Source: Candidatus Rokuibacteriota bacterium (GTDB lineage: Bacteria > Methylomirabilota > Methylomirabilia > Rokubacteriales > CSP1-6). Taken from it: a stretch of 64,000 nucleotides of DNA. The notes below the pieces were generated by a model. That model did not search any database. It was given only the letters and a program-made list of their open reading frames with translations, and was not told the DNA's origin. Shown one piece after another: positions 17,731-27,486 of this stretch (positions are counted from its first letter, which is position 1; each line of letters starts with the position of its first letter). The stretch is from positions 5,511 to 69,510 of the forward strand of contig QHSL01000070.1 in the NCBI GenBank assembly GCA_003220435.1, in the 5' to 3' direction. The position numbers and the translations under genes are program-made.

Positions 17731-19137
17731 ATGGTGGCGGTGCTCGTCTTGCTGCTGATCGTCGTGGGCCCGGTCGTCGCGTGGGCCCAGACGACCGGCG
17801 CAGGGTCGCCGCCCGCGGGCTCAGACTTCAATCCCCGCACGCCGCCGTCGCCGACGATCCACTCCGCTCCCGAGATCGTGTTCCCGGTGCCGCCGCCCGC
17901 GGCGGCGCGACCCGTCCAGCTCTTCGAGTTCCATCCACTGGCGGGCGTTTCGGAAGAGTACACCGACAATTTCAATCGCACGGTCCGCAACCGCACGGAA
18001 AACTTCCGAACCTCGGTGTCGCCCGGCCTGAGCGTCCAGATGGACGCCGGCACTCTCACGGGGCTGGCGACCTACACGATCTCCGGATTCCACGACAGCT
18101 CGCCGGACGAGCTCGGCTACTTCAACGTCTTCGCCGGCCGCCTGTCCTGGGAGGCGACACCGAGGCTGAAGCTGACGGCGACGGGCGGCATCAATCAGAG
18201 CGACGCGCCCGGCCAGGCGGACCGGCTCGGCCTGCGGATCGAGCGCCGGAAATTCACGAGCGGCAACGGGTCGCTGGGCGCCGACTGGGCCATCGACAAC
18301 GTCACGGTGTCACCGTACTACCGGCTGAGCGTCTTCTCTCAGGAGGACGGCGCCGACACGACCTCGCACACCTTCGGGCTGAGCACGTCGGTGTTGATCT
18401 ACCGGATCCACACCCTCACGCTCGGCTACGAGCACCTGACGAGCGAGACGTCGGCCACCGGCGGGCCCGGCACAGCGTCGGAGACGAACGGCCATCAGTT
18501 CACCGCCGCCTTCTCGCGCGATCTCAGCGAGCGTACCTCGGTCGGGATCACGGGAAGCTACGCGTTCAGGACGCAGGATCAGGAGCGGCCTGACGCCGAG
18601 ACCGATTTCAGGCGCTGGACCGCCGCCGCGTTCGCCAACTACGTGATCCCCGGGACGGTCATGCTGCGGGTCAACGTCGGCGCCAGCCAGCTCACGACCG
18701 ACACGTCGGACTTTCGGCCGGTGGTCTCGACCTCCAGCAGCCTGTCCTACTGGTTCGGGAAGGCCGTGGTCGGCGTTACGTTCGAACGCGGGTACTCCGA
18801 GAGCTTCGGCGAGGGACAGAACCAGGGCGTCGTCTTGACGACCGGGGGGAGCGTCTCGTTGGCCTATCCCTTCACCCCGTCGTTCGGCGGGTCGGTGAAT
18901 ATTGCGTACCGGGAAAACGAGTTCACAGGTATCGGGGGTACCCCTTCCGCGATCACCGCCGGCGGCAGCAGCACGCGGACCGACAAGGTGTTCACCGGGA
19001 CAGTCGGCGTGACTTATCAGATACTTCGATGGCTCGGCGCGTCTCTCGACTACTCATACGCTCTGACCAACTCCTCCGACGTCGACGGCGACATCACCGA
19101 GAATCGCGTCCGGCTCGCGCTGAACATCGCCTTCTAG
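17731..19137 (+). CDS. Outer-membrane beta-barrel protein (of the kind found alongside PEP-CTERM EPS loci).
   Basis: Signal peptide (MVAVLVLLLIVVGPVVAWAQ), alternating amphipathic beta-strand pattern rich in T/S/G/Y, and a C-terminal ...RLALNIAF ending in Phe. Confidence 0.8.
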   Translation: MVAVLVLLLIVVGPVVAWAQTTGAGSPPAGSDFNPRTPPSPTIHSAPEIVFPVPPPAAARPVQLFEFHPLAGVSEEYTDNFNRTVRNRTENFRTSVSPGLSVQMDAGTLTGLATYTISGFHDSSPDELGYFNVFAGRLSWEATPRLKLTATGGINQSDAPGQADRLGLRIERRKFTSGNGSLGADWAIDNVTVSPYYRLSVFSQEDGADTTSHTFGLSTSVLIYRIHTLTLGYEHLTSETSATGGPGTASETNGHQFTAAFSRDLSERTSVGITGSYAFRTQDQERPDAETDFRRWTAAAFANYVIPGTVMLRVNVGASQLTTDTSDFRPVVSTSSSLSYWFGKAVVGVTFERGYSESFGEGQNQGVVLTTGGSVSLAYPFTPSFGGSVNIAYRENEFTGIGGTPSAITAGGSSTRTDKVFTGTVGVTYQILRWLGASLDYSYALTNSSDVDGDITENRVRLALNIAF

Positions 19138-19176
19138 CCGCGTCTGCCTGAATCGTCAAGCCGGGCGTCCACGCGG

Positions 19177-19193
19177 CCCGCAATGTTTGCGGG
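19177..19193 (+). terminator. Possible weak intrinsic terminator hairpin after the beta-barrel gene.
   Basis: cccgcaa-tgt-ttgcggg is a perfect 7-bp stem, but the T-rich tract (gttttg) lies ~15 nt downstream, so this is not a canonical terminator. Confidence 0.25.
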
Positions 19194-19227
19194 GTCGTCC
19201 GCGCAAGTTTTGTAGCGCGTCGTCGAC

Positions 19228-19638
19228 ATGACCAGGCCTGCACCCTCCGAAGTGCTTGCAGCACGGCGAGTTATGGCGTTGGCCTGGTTCGTGCGTGTTT
19301 CGCACGCCGCATTGAAGCCCAGTCCTCAGTCCGGTAAGGCGACGGCGATTCGCGATCTCCTGGCGCACGACCCGGTGTGCCTCGAGATCGCGCTCTACCT
19401 CGCGCGCAACAGCGAGGCCGCCGACACCGCCCGGGGCATCGCGGAGTGGTGGATCGGTCGGAACCTCGCCTCCACCCAGGAGGCGCTGCTGAAGCTCCAG
19501 GCATGCGGCGTCGTGCAGGCGTTCGCCGTCCAGGACCACACGTTCGTGTACGCCTACACCAAGAACCCCAACCTGAGGCAGTCGATCGCTCGCCAGTTGC
19601 GCGGCGTTCTGGCGCTCCACCCGTCGAGGGGACTCTAG
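19228..19638 (+). CDS. Small hypothetical protein (136 aa), possibly winged-helix-like; start uncertain.
   Basis: It fills the gap between the beta-barrel gene and the sugar-transferase gene with no competing ORF. The last two-thirds show coding-like high GC at third positions. I recognise no family. Confidence 0.45.
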   Translation: MTRPAPSEVLAARRVMALAWFVRVSHAALKPSPQSGKATAIRDLLAHDPVCLEIALYLARNSEAADTARGIAEWWIGRNLASTQEALLKLQACGVVQAFAVQDHTFVYAYTKNPNLRQSIARQLRGVLALHPSRGL

Positions 19639-19642
19639 GCTC

Positions 19643-21073
19643 GTGCCGCGCGTCTTCGGACATTACGTGCCCGCGCCCGTGGTGGCGCTCGCCACGGCGG
19701 AGGCCGGAGTCGTCTTCGGCTCGGTCTTCGTCGGCCTTGCGCTGCCTCTCGTCGGCTTCCAGGCGATCCGGCCCGCGTTGGGCGACGCGTTCGCCCCCGC
19801 GGTCGCGCTGACGACGCTGGTCCTAACGATGGTCCACATCGCGGGTCTCTACGACACGCGGCAGATCTACGGTCGGTCGGAGCTGCTCCTGCGACTCACC
19901 ATTGCGTTCGTCGCCGCCTATCTGCTCATCGCGGTCCTCGGCTACCTGCTGCAGCCGTTGACGCTCGCCCGGAGGGCGTTCCTGCTCTCCCTCGTCTCGT
20001 CGTTCCTGGCGATCCTGCTCCTTCGCCTTGCGCACGCGCGCCTCACCCGCGGGCGTCGCACGCGACGCAAAGTCCTGCTGCTCGGCTCGGGCGAGGTCAG
20101 CCAGATGATCGCCGAGGCGATCCGGGCGTGGCGTCACAACTACGAGCTGGTGGGACGGCTGGACACCAACGGGAGCGTGGGCGACGGAGCCGACGGGGTG
20201 TGGACGCTGGGGACCCTGGCGGACCTGGCCCGGGTGTCGAAGGTGACGCGGCCCGACGTGATCGTCGTTGCGCTCCAGGAGCGGCGCGGCACGCTCCCGG
20301 TCGCCGAGATCGTGGAGGCGAAGCTCCGGGGGACCGAGGTCGAGGACTGGCCCAGCTTCTACGAGAAGCTGACCGGCAAGATCCCGGTCGGCAATCTGAG
20401 ACCCAGCTGGCTCGTCTTCGCCGACGGGTTCAAGCCGGCGCGGCTGACGCTTCTGACGAAGCGGACAATGGATCTCGTCCTCGCGCTCGGCGTGGTCGCG
20501 CTGAGCTCGCCGCTGATGCTGGCCATCGCCGTGGCGATCCGGCTCGACTCGCCGGGGCCGGTGTTCTTCCGGCAGGAGCGCATCGGGCAGTTCGGCCGCG
20601 TGTTCCGCATCTTCAAGTTCCGCTCGATGCGCGCCGACGCGCCGCGGATCTCGGCGGACGAGCCCGACACGCGCGTGACCCGCGTCGGTCGCGTCCTGCG
20701 CCGCACGCGGCTCGACGAGCTGCCGCAGTTGCTGAACGTCATCACCGGGGACATGAGCCTGATCGGCCCGCGGCCCGAGTGGGTCGCCCTCGTCTCGCAA
20801 TTTCGAGACACGGTGCCGCTCTACCTCCACCGCCTCGCCGTCAAGCCGGGCATCACCGGCTGGGCCCAGGTCAAGAATCCCTACGGCGCGACCGTCGAGA
20901 ACACCTGGGAGAAGCTGCAGTACGACCTGTACTACATCAAGAACATGTCGATCTTCCTCGACATGCTGATCCTGCTGCACACGGTCCACATCGTGCTGTT
21001 CACAAGGGGATCCGGGGAATGGACGCGAAAACAACAGGCTCAATCGACTACCTCCGTCTCGTACGCCGGGTAG
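19643..21073 (+). CDS. Polyprenyl-phosphate sugar phosphotransferase (EpsB/WbaP-type priming sugar transferase).
   Basis: N-terminus MPRVFGHYVP and TM segments, then a C-terminal bacterial sugar-transferase domain (FRQERIGQFGRVFRIFKFRSM...DELPQLLNVITGDMSLIGPRP). Confidence 0.9.
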   Translation: MPRVFGHYVPAPVVALATAEAGVVFGSVFVGLALPLVGFQAIRPALGDAFAPAVALTTLVLTMVHIAGLYDTRQIYGRSELLLRLTIAFVAAYLLIAVLGYLLQPLTLARRAFLLSLVSSFLAILLLRLAHARLTRGRRTRRKVLLLGSGEVSQMIAEAIRAWRHNYELVGRLDTNGSVGDGADGVWTLGTLADLARVSKVTRPDVIVVALQERRGTLPVAEIVEAKLRGTEVEDWPSFYEKLTGKIPVGNLRPSWLVFADGFKPARLTLLTKRTMDLVLALGVVALSSPLMLAIAVAIRLDSPGPVFFRQERIGQFGRVFRIFKFRSMRADAPRISADEPDTRVTRVGRVLRRTRLDELPQLLNVITGDMSLIGPRPEWVALVSQFRDTVPLYLHRLAVKPGITGWAQVKNPYGATVENTWEKLQYDLYYIKNMSIFLDMLILLHTVHIVLFTRGSGEWTRKQQAQSTTSVSYAG

Positions 21074-23259
21074 TCGTTCATCGCTGGCGGATCATCGTCG
21101 CCGGCTTCCTGGCCGTCGTGGTGCCAACGGTCGCCGTGGTGAGCCTGTCGACCGAGAATCTCTACGAGGCGTCGGCGACGCTCTTCCTCCTTCCGGAAAA
21201 GAGCGATCCACCGTTCCTCCGCGAGTTCACCTCACCGGAGGCGACCGCGGTCTACGTCGTGCTGCTGAGGAGCCGGTCGTTGGCCCAGGCGATCATCGAG
21301 GCGCTGCCCAAGGAGAGCCGCGAGGAGCTGACCAAGCGCGTCCTCTTCCGCGACTACCTGCTGACGGCGACCAACAGTCTCCGGCGGCTCACCGGGGGCG
21401 AGGTGGTCGTCTACAGCCCGACCGAGCTGGCGCTCCGCGAGCTGCAGGAAGCGCGCATGAACTTCACCATCGCGCGCGACGGCACCGTCACGATCACGGC
21501 GGTCGCCTTCAGCCCGCGCGTCGCGGTCGACCTGGCCAACACGTACGTCGACGTGCTCCTGAGCCGCAGCAGCTCGTTCGCCCGGCAGCAGGCGCGGGGC
21601 ACGCGCGAGCTGCTCGAAAGTCTCATGACCCAGGCCAAGATGAGCCAGGGCGAGGCCGAGGACGCGATGCGCCGCTTTCAGGCGAAGACGGGCGGCCGGA
21701 TCAAGCTGCCCGAGGAGTCCAAGAGCGACCTGACGGCGCTGGCCCAGCTCGAGAGCCAGCTCGGCGATCTCCAGGTGACGCGTGAAGTCGCCGAGAACAA
21801 GCTCACCTACCTCAAGGGCGAGAAGAGCCGACCGGGGAGCCCGACGGCCTCGGCCGATTCGTCCACCCAGGGGCTACAGGAGCGCCTCACGCAGCTCGAG
21901 GCAAAGCTGGCCGCGCTTGCTGAGAAGTACACCGACCAGCACCCATCGGTTCAGACGGCACGCGCCGAGATCCAGGAGACGCAGGAGCGTCTGGCCTCGG
22001 CGCTGCGACCGCGGCAGGCGCCGAAGCCGGGAGGCGCGTCGGCGTCCCTCAAGCCGATCGAGGCTGCCCAGCTCTCGAAGCAGATGGCGGCGCTCCAGGT
22101 GGAGATCGTCTCGCTGCAGGCGCGCGAGGAGGTCCTGCAGCAGCGCGCGGCGCGGCTCCGGAGGTCGCTCTCGGCCATGGGCGCGCGCGAGCAGGAGTAC
22201 TCGGGTTTCATGCGCACCGTGCTCACGCAGGCGAAGCTCACCGACATGATCTCCGATAAGCTCACCGCCGCCCGCATCAGCGAGCAGAGCCAGATCCGGT
22301 CCATCCACGTGATCGACCTGGCGAGCCTGCCGCGACAGCCGAGCCCCAAGCAGCCGCTGACGCTCCTGTTCATGGGCGTGCTCGGCGGCCTCGCCCTCGG
22401 CGTGGGGGCCGCGACTGCGCGCGAGTGGGTGCTGCAGGTCGTCGAGACCGAGCGGGAGGTGACCCGCGCGACCGGCCTCCCCGTCCTCGGGTCGATTCCG
22501 GTCGCCGACCGACCCGGATCGTCCGAGAAGGGCGCCGCGCCCGCCGACGACCTGCCCGTTCTGTTCGTGGCTGGCAACGATCTGCACTCGCTGCCGGCCG
22601 ACGCGTGCCGGGCCATCCGGACCGCGCTGGACTGTCAGGGCCTCGACCGGCCGCTCAAGACGCTCCTGGTCACGAGCCCCGGCGCGCACGAGGGCAAGTC
22701 CACCGTGCTCCTCAATCTGGGCCGCGCGTTCCTCGAGACCGACCGCCGTCTGCTGCTGATCGACGCTGATCTAAGAAGACCCTCGCTCCACCGCGCGCTG
22801 CGGACGCCGAACGAGATCGGGCTCGCCGACGTGCTGCGCGCCGGCACCGTGTGGCCCGAGGCCTTCCGTCCTCTGGCGCCGGGCATGGACTTCATGCCGT
22901 CGGGGATCAAGCCCGCGAACCCGTCGAGCCTGATCGCCTCCAAGCACATGCTGCGGGTGCTGGAGCTGGCGCGCGAGCGAGCCGACGTCGTGCTGATCGA
23001 TGCGCCGCCGGTGCTCGCGGTGGCCGACTGTCTGCCGCTGTGCCGGTACGTCGACGGGGTCATTCTCGTCGCCCGGTTCGGTGCCACCCGTCGGCGCAGC
23101 CTCATCCGGGCCAAGGAGCAGCTCGAGCGGGTCGGCGCCCACGTCGTGGGCGTGGTGATCAACGGTCTCTCGCGGCACGAGACACGCCACTACTACTCCG
23201 AATACACGCACTACGTCGGCATCCAGAAGCGCAAGAGGAAGGGGAAGCGACGCAAATGA
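21019..23259 (+). CDS. wzc: Wzc-like polysaccharide co-polymerase fused to a BY-kinase (chain-length determinant + tyrosine autokinase).
   Basis: Start trimmed to ATG 21019 (GGGGA Shine-Dalgarno). N-terminal TM plus Wzz-like coiled-coil periplasmic region, a second TM, then a P-loop ATPase (SPGAHEGKSTV, LIDADLRRP) and a C-terminal Tyr cluster (HYYSEYTHYVG) with a Lys/Arg tail. Confidence 0.85.
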   Translation: MDAKTTGSIDYLRLVRRVVVHRWRIIVAGFLAVVVPTVAVVSLSTENLYEASATLFLLPEKSDPPFLREFTSPEATAVYVVLLRSRSLAQAIIEALPKESREELTKRVLFRDYLLTATNSLRRLTGGEVVVYSPTELALRELQEARMNFTIARDGTVTITAVAFSPRVAVDLANTYVDVLLSRSSSFARQQARGTRELLESLMTQAKMSQGEAEDAMRRFQAKTGGRIKLPEESKSDLTALAQLESQLGDLQVTREVAENKLTYLKGEKSRPGSPTASADSSTQGLQERLTQLEAKLAALAEKYTDQHPSVQTARAEIQETQERLASALRPRQAPKPGGASASLKPIEAAQLSKQMAALQVEIVSLQAREEVLQQRAARLRRSLSAMGAREQEYSGFMRTVLTQAKLTDMISDKLTAARISEQSQIRSIHVIDLASLPRQPSPKQPLTLLFMGVLGGLALGVGAATAREWVLQVVETEREVTRATGLPVLGSIPVADRPGSSEKGAAPADDLPVLFVAGNDLHSLPADACRAIRTALDCQGLDRPLKTLLVTSPGAHEGKSTVLLNLGRAFLETDRRLLLIDADLRRPSLHRALRTPNEIGLADVLRAGTVWPEAFRPLAPGMDFMPSGIKPANPSSLIASKHMLRVLELARERADVVLIDAPPVLAVADCLPLCRYVDGVILVARFGATRRRSLIRAKEQLERVGAHVVGVVINGLSRHETRHYYSEYTHYVGIQKRKRKGKRRK

Positions 23260-24473
23260 ACTCCCTCACGCTCCGCATCTTCATCGCCTCGGCCGCGATC
23301 GCCGGCCTCACGGCCGCCGGCTCGGCGCACGGCCAGGCGCCCGCGCGGCCAGCGGCGGCGCCGGTCCCGGCGCGCCCGGCCGCGACCACCGTCGCCGCGC
23401 CCGTGGCACCCACACCGGCGACCACCGCGCCGGCCGCCGCCGGCCCGGGCGAGTACACGATCGGCATCGACGACGTCCTGCACGTCATCGTCTGGGACAA
23501 CAAGGAGCTGGAGCAAGACGTGATCGTCCGTCCCGACGGAAAGATCTCCTATCCGCTCGCCGGCGAGATCCACGCGCAGGGTCTGACGGTGCCGAAGCTC
23601 ACCGAAATCTTGAAGGAGCGTCTCGGCGCGTCGGTCAAGAACCCGAACGTCTCGGTGATGGTCAAGGAGATCCGGAGCTTCCGCGTCTACTTCGTCGGTA
23701 AGGTGGCGAAGGCGGGCGTCTATCCGATCAAGGCCGGCACGCCGCTGCTGCAGGCCCTCACGCTGGCCGGCGGCACCGCCGACGGCGCCGATCTTCCGTC
23801 CGCCTACATCATCCGCGGCGAGACGAAGATCCCGGTGGACCTCCGGCGTCTCATCCAGGAGGGCGACCTCAGCCGGAACCTCAAGCTCGAGACCGAGGAC
23901 ACGATCGTCGTTCCGGAGATCGTGATCGGCTCGAACCCCCAGGAGATCCTCGATCGCCGGATCTACCTGCTGGGCAAGGTCGTCAAGCCCGGCGTCTACA
24001 CGCTCAAGCAAGACACGCCGCTCCTGCACGCGCTGTTCCTGGCCGGCGGCGTCGCGGAAGGCGCGGACATGGCCGCCGCCTTCGTCATGCGCGGCGGCCA
24101 GAAGATCCCGGTCGACCTCTGGCGGCTCATCCAGAAGGGCGACGTCACCCAAAATCTCATGATCAAGCACGAGGACACGATCGTCGTGCCCTCCGGCGGC
24201 GAGCTGCAGAACGCGGTCTACGTGATGGGCGAGGTGCTGAAGCCGGGCGTCTACTCCCAGCCCGAGGCGCTCACGCTCCTGAAGCTCGTCACGCTGGCCG
24301 GCGGCTTCACCAAGTACGCCGCGCCGAGCCGTTCGACGCTGATCCGCCGCGACGGCGAGAAGAAGACGCTGCTCAAGGTGGACTTGAAGGACATCATGAA
24401 CGACCCCAAGGCGAACGAGGACATCGCGCTGCGCCCCGGCGACGTCCTCATCGTGCCCGAGCGGATCTTCTGA
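23256..24473 (+). CDS. wza: Wza-like polysaccharide export protein with repeated SLBB domains.
   Basis: ATG 23256 overlaps the wzc stop (ATGA). Signal peptide, a polysaccharide-export motif (IGIDDVLHVIVWDNKEL) and duplicated SLBB-like segments (GEVLKPGVY... / GKVVKPGVY...). Confidence 0.85.
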   Translation: MNSLTLRIFIASAAIAGLTAAGSAHGQAPARPAAAPVPARPAATTVAAPVAPTPATTAPAAAGPGEYTIGIDDVLHVIVWDNKELEQDVIVRPDGKISYPLAGEIHAQGLTVPKLTEILKERLGASVKNPNVSVMVKEIRSFRVYFVGKVAKAGVYPIKAGTPLLQALTLAGGTADGADLPSAYIIRGETKIPVDLRRLIQEGDLSRNLKLETEDTIVVPEIVIGSNPQEILDRRIYLLGKVVKPGVYTLKQDTPLLHALFLAGGVAEGADMAAAFVMRGGQKIPVDLWRLIQKGDVTQNLMIKHEDTIVVPSGGELQNAVYVMGEVLKPGVYSQPEALTLLKLVTLAGGFTKYAAPSRSTLIRRDGEKKTLLKVDLKDIMNDPKANEDIALRPGDVLIVPERIF

Positions 24474-24474
24474 G

Positions 24475-25512
24475 ATGGCAGATGCGCTCGAGCGGCTGGA
24501 CGCGGCGACGGCGACGACCGCGCCCTGCCCGCGCCCCGATCTGCGCGTCGTCGCCCTCGGCGGTGGCACCGGCCTGCCGGCCGTGCTCCGCGGCCTCCGC
24601 GGGGCGCTGTTCGGGTCGCGTCCGCGGGATCCGGATCGCGACCCCGCCCGGCTGACGGCGATCGCCACCGTCGCCGACGACGGCGGCAGCTCGGGCAAGC
24701 TCCGGGCGATGTACCACCTGCCGTCACCGGGTGACGTCCGGAACTGTCTGCTGGCGCTCGCCGAGGGCGATCCCCTGATGTCGGACATGTTCGACTTCCG
24801 CTTCGACCGCGGCGGCGAGGTGGCGGGCCACAGCCTCGGCAACCTGATCCTCACCGCGCTCACCGAGCTGGAGCAGGATTTCTCGAAGGCCATCGCGCGG
24901 GGCGGCCGCATGCTGGCGACGCGGGGCCGCGTGCTGCCCTCGACCGCCGAGAACGTGGCGCTCCACGCCGAGCTCTGCGACGGCACGGTGATCGAAGGCG
25001 AGTCGCGCCTCGCCGACGCGCGGTGCCCGATTCGTCGCATGAGGCTCGAGCCGGCCCGCGCCGCGGCGCTGCCCGAGGCGCGGGAAGCCCTCGAGACCGC
25101 CGACGTCATCGTGATCGGTCCCGGCAGCCTCTACTCGAGCCTGATCGCGGTGCTGCTCGTCGGCGAGCTCCCCGAGGCGATCGCCCGCTCGCGCGCGCGC
25201 GTCGTGATGGTGATGAACCTCATGACCGAGCCCGGCGAGACCGACGGCCACACCGGCGTCGACCACCTGATCGCGATCCGGCGCCACGCGCCGGCGATCA
25301 CGATCCACGATGTCCTGGTCAACACGGCGCCGATCGCTCCGGAGCCGCTGGCGCGGTACGCGGCGCGGGGCGCCGTGCCCGTCCGGGCGGATGTCGACCT
25401 CCTGAAGGCGCTCGGCCACTCGGTCACCGAGTGCGATCTGCTGGCCGCCGGCGCCGAGGTGCGGCACGATCCCGCAAAGCTGACGCGCGCCATCCTGGCG
25501 CGGGTGGTCTGA
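24475..25512 (+). CDS. YvcK/UPF0052 (CofD-like) family protein.
   Basis: VVALGGGTGLPAVLRGL, TVADDGGSSGKLR, GHSLGNLILTA and IGPGSLYSS match the YvcK/GlmR-type motifs as I recall them. Confidence 0.8.
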   Translation: MADALERLDAATATTAPCPRPDLRVVALGGGTGLPAVLRGLRGALFGSRPRDPDRDPARLTAIATVADDGGSSGKLRAMYHLPSPGDVRNCLLALAEGDPLMSDMFDFRFDRGGEVAGHSLGNLILTALTELEQDFSKAIARGGRMLATRGRVLPSTAENVALHAELCDGTVIEGESRLADARCPIRRMRLEPARAAALPEAREALETADVIVIGPGSLYSSLIAVLLVGELPEAIARSRARVVMVMNLMTEPGETDGHTGVDHLIAIRRHAPAITIHDVLVNTAPIAPEPLARYAARGAVPVRADVDLLKALGHSVTECDLLAAGAEVRHDPAKLTRAILARVV

Positions 25513-25522
25513 GAGCCGTCGC

Positions 25523-26698
25523 GTGCTGGCCTACGCGATCTTCTGGACGTGTCTCTCCCTCGTGAGCTACACGTATCTCCTCTATCCGTGCGTGCTCTTC
25601 GTCATCTACGCGTTCGCCCAGGCGCGCACGGACCTCCGCTTCCTCAGCACGCGGCGCGATCGCCGACGCCGCGCGCTCGCCGACGGCGAGCTGCCGCCGG
25701 TGACGCTGATCGTTCCCGCCCACAACGAGGAGGCTCACCTCAAGGACAAGGTGGCCAACGTGCAGGAGCTCGACTACCCTCGCGGCCGCCTCCAGGTAAT
25801 CCTGGTCTCGGACGGCTCGACCGATCGCACCAACGAGATCCTCGCGGCCGTCGACGATCCGGCGGTCGAGACGCTGCTGCTCTCCGAGCGCGCCGGCAAG
25901 GCCACCGCCCTCAACCGCGCGCTGGAGCGCGCTCGACACGGGATCCTCGTGTTCTCGGACGCGTCGACCCTCTTCCACCCGGACGCGATCAAGCAGCTCG
26001 TCCGTCACTTCGCCGACCCGCGCGTCGGCGTCGTGTGCGGGGCGCTCGGGCTCCGGGGCGGCGACGAGTTCTCCCGGACCGAGGGCATCTACTGGCGCTA
26101 CGAGACGTCGCTGCGGCTCATGGAGGCGCGGCTGGGCGCGACGCTCACCGCCAGCGGCGCGATCTACGCGGTGCGCCGCGAGTGCTACCGGCCCCTCACA
26201 CCCGACGACGTCATCGACGACTTCGTCATCCCGATGCGCGCCCGCGCGCTCGGCTTCCAGGTGGTGTTCGATCCGGAGGCCCAGGCCGTCGAGTTCGCCG
26301 GGGAGTCGGTGCGGGAAGAGTTCACGCGGCGGGTGCGGATTGCGGCCGGTAGCTTCCGCGCCCTGCGCGAGCTCGCTCAGGTCCCGCTGGCGCCGCTCGC
26401 GTGCCTGGCGTTCTTCTCCCACAAGATCCTGCGCTGGGTGCTTCCGTTCCTGCTCATCGGCCTCCTGGCCGCCAATCTCTTCCTCATCGAGGGCGGGCCC
26501 TTCTACCTCGGGCTGCTGGCCGCGCAGTGCGCCTTCTATCTCTGGGCCGGCGTGGGCTTCCTCTTCCGCGAGCGCGCGCGGCCCGTGCCGCTGGCGCCGC
26601 TCTGCTACTTCCTCGTCGCCATCAACGTGGCGTTCCTGGTGGGTTTTCTGCGGTTCCTCGGCGGTCACAAGGAGACGGCATGGCAGCGCGTGAGCTGA
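25523..26698 (+). CDS. Membrane-embedded GT2 glycosyltransferase.
   Basis: GTG 25523. N-terminal TM, a GT2 catalytic core (VTLIVPAHNEE, LVFSDASTLF with DxD-like, QxxRW-like region), and C-terminal TM helices. Confidence 0.8.
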   Translation: MLAYAIFWTCLSLVSYTYLLYPCVLFVIYAFAQARTDLRFLSTRRDRRRRALADGELPPVTLIVPAHNEEAHLKDKVANVQELDYPRGRLQVILVSDGSTDRTNEILAAVDDPAVETLLLSERAGKATALNRALERARHGILVFSDASTLFHPDAIKQLVRHFADPRVGVVCGALGLRGGDEFSRTEGIYWRYETSLRLMEARLGATLTASGAIYAVRRECYRPLTPDDVIDDFVIPMRARALGFQVVFDPEAQAVEFAGESVREEFTRRVRIAAGSFRALRELAQVPLAPLACLAFFSHKILRWVLPFLLIGLLAANLFLIEGGPFYLGLLAAQCAFYLWAGVGFLFRERARPVPLAPLCYFLVAINVAFLVGFLRFLGGHKETAWQRVS

Positions 26699-27486
26699 CG
26701 CTGTCCGGCGCTCCGGTTCTGATGTACCACGGGCTCGCCGCCTCCCTGCCCGCCGCCGTCGGCGCGCGCGAGGCCAAGTACTGGGTCTCGCCCGCCGCGT
26801 TCGCGCGCCACCTCGCACAGATCCGCGAGGCCGGCCAGAGGGTCCGGCGCCTCTACGACTTCTGGTCGGGCGCGGCGGACGGACCCGACAACCGGTCGGC
26901 GATCGTACTGACCATCGACGACGGGCGGGCGACGGACTACGAGGTCGCCTTTCCCCTGCTGCTCGCGGCGGGCGTCCGGGCCGAGTTCTTCGTCAACACG
27001 GCCACGATCGAGCGGCCTGGCCATCTCACCTGGAGCCAGATCGTGGAGATGCATCGCGCGGGGATGTCGTTCCAGTCGCACGCGCACGATCACGTCCTGC
27101 TGCCCGGGATGCCGGCGCGTTTGCTGCGCAACGAGCTGGAGACCTCGAAGCGCCTCATCGAGGAACGGGTTGGCCGCGGCGTGGATTTCCTCGCCGCGCC
27201 GTACGGCCTCCTCGACCGTCGGGTCATCGCCGCCGCGCGGGACGTCGGCTACCAGGCGGTGTGCAGCTCGCTGAGCTGGCCGGCGCGACCCGGCCGCACC
27301 GTCGTGAACCGCGTCGTGGTGCATCGTGACACGACGGCCGCGCGCTTCGCCGCAATCCTGGCGCGCCAGCCCTCGGCCTTTCTCCCGAGCGTGGCGCGAG
27401 CGGCGCTGACGTACCTGCCCAGGCGCGTCCTCCTCAAGGTTCGGCCGCGCCAGCTCGGGGCCCACCTCCACCTGGAGGACGCGTGA
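26680..27486 (+). CDS. Polysaccharide deacetylase (CE4 / NodB homology domain).
   Basis: ATG 26680 with AAGGAG 5 nt upstream. Motifs VLMYHGL, LTIDDGRATDY and HAHDHVLL are typical of CE4. Confidence 0.8.
   Translation: MAARELTLSGAPVLMYHGLAASLPAAVGAREAKYWVSPAAFARHLAQIREAGQRVRRLYDFWSGAADGPDNRSAIVLTIDDGRATDYEVAFPLLLAAGVRAEFFVNTATIERPGHLTWSQIVEMHRAGMSFQSHAHDHVLLPGMPARLLRNELETSKRLIEERVGRGVDFLAAPYGLLDRRVIAAARDVGYQAVCSSLSWPARPGRTVVNRVVVHRDTTAARFAAILARQPSAFLPSVARAALTYLPRRVLLKVRPRQLGAHLHLEDA

Noticed and set aside
20128-21018. Long N-terminal extensions of ORFs 20128-23259, 27539-29839, 33994-36387, 42874-45489, 43602-46847, 16741-19137 and 54351-56168.
   Set aside because: The extensions overlap the preceding real gene out of frame and are low complexity. 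The recognisable protein starts at an internal ATG/GTG that overlaps the upstream stop, often with a Shine-Dalgarno, so I trimmed to those starts.
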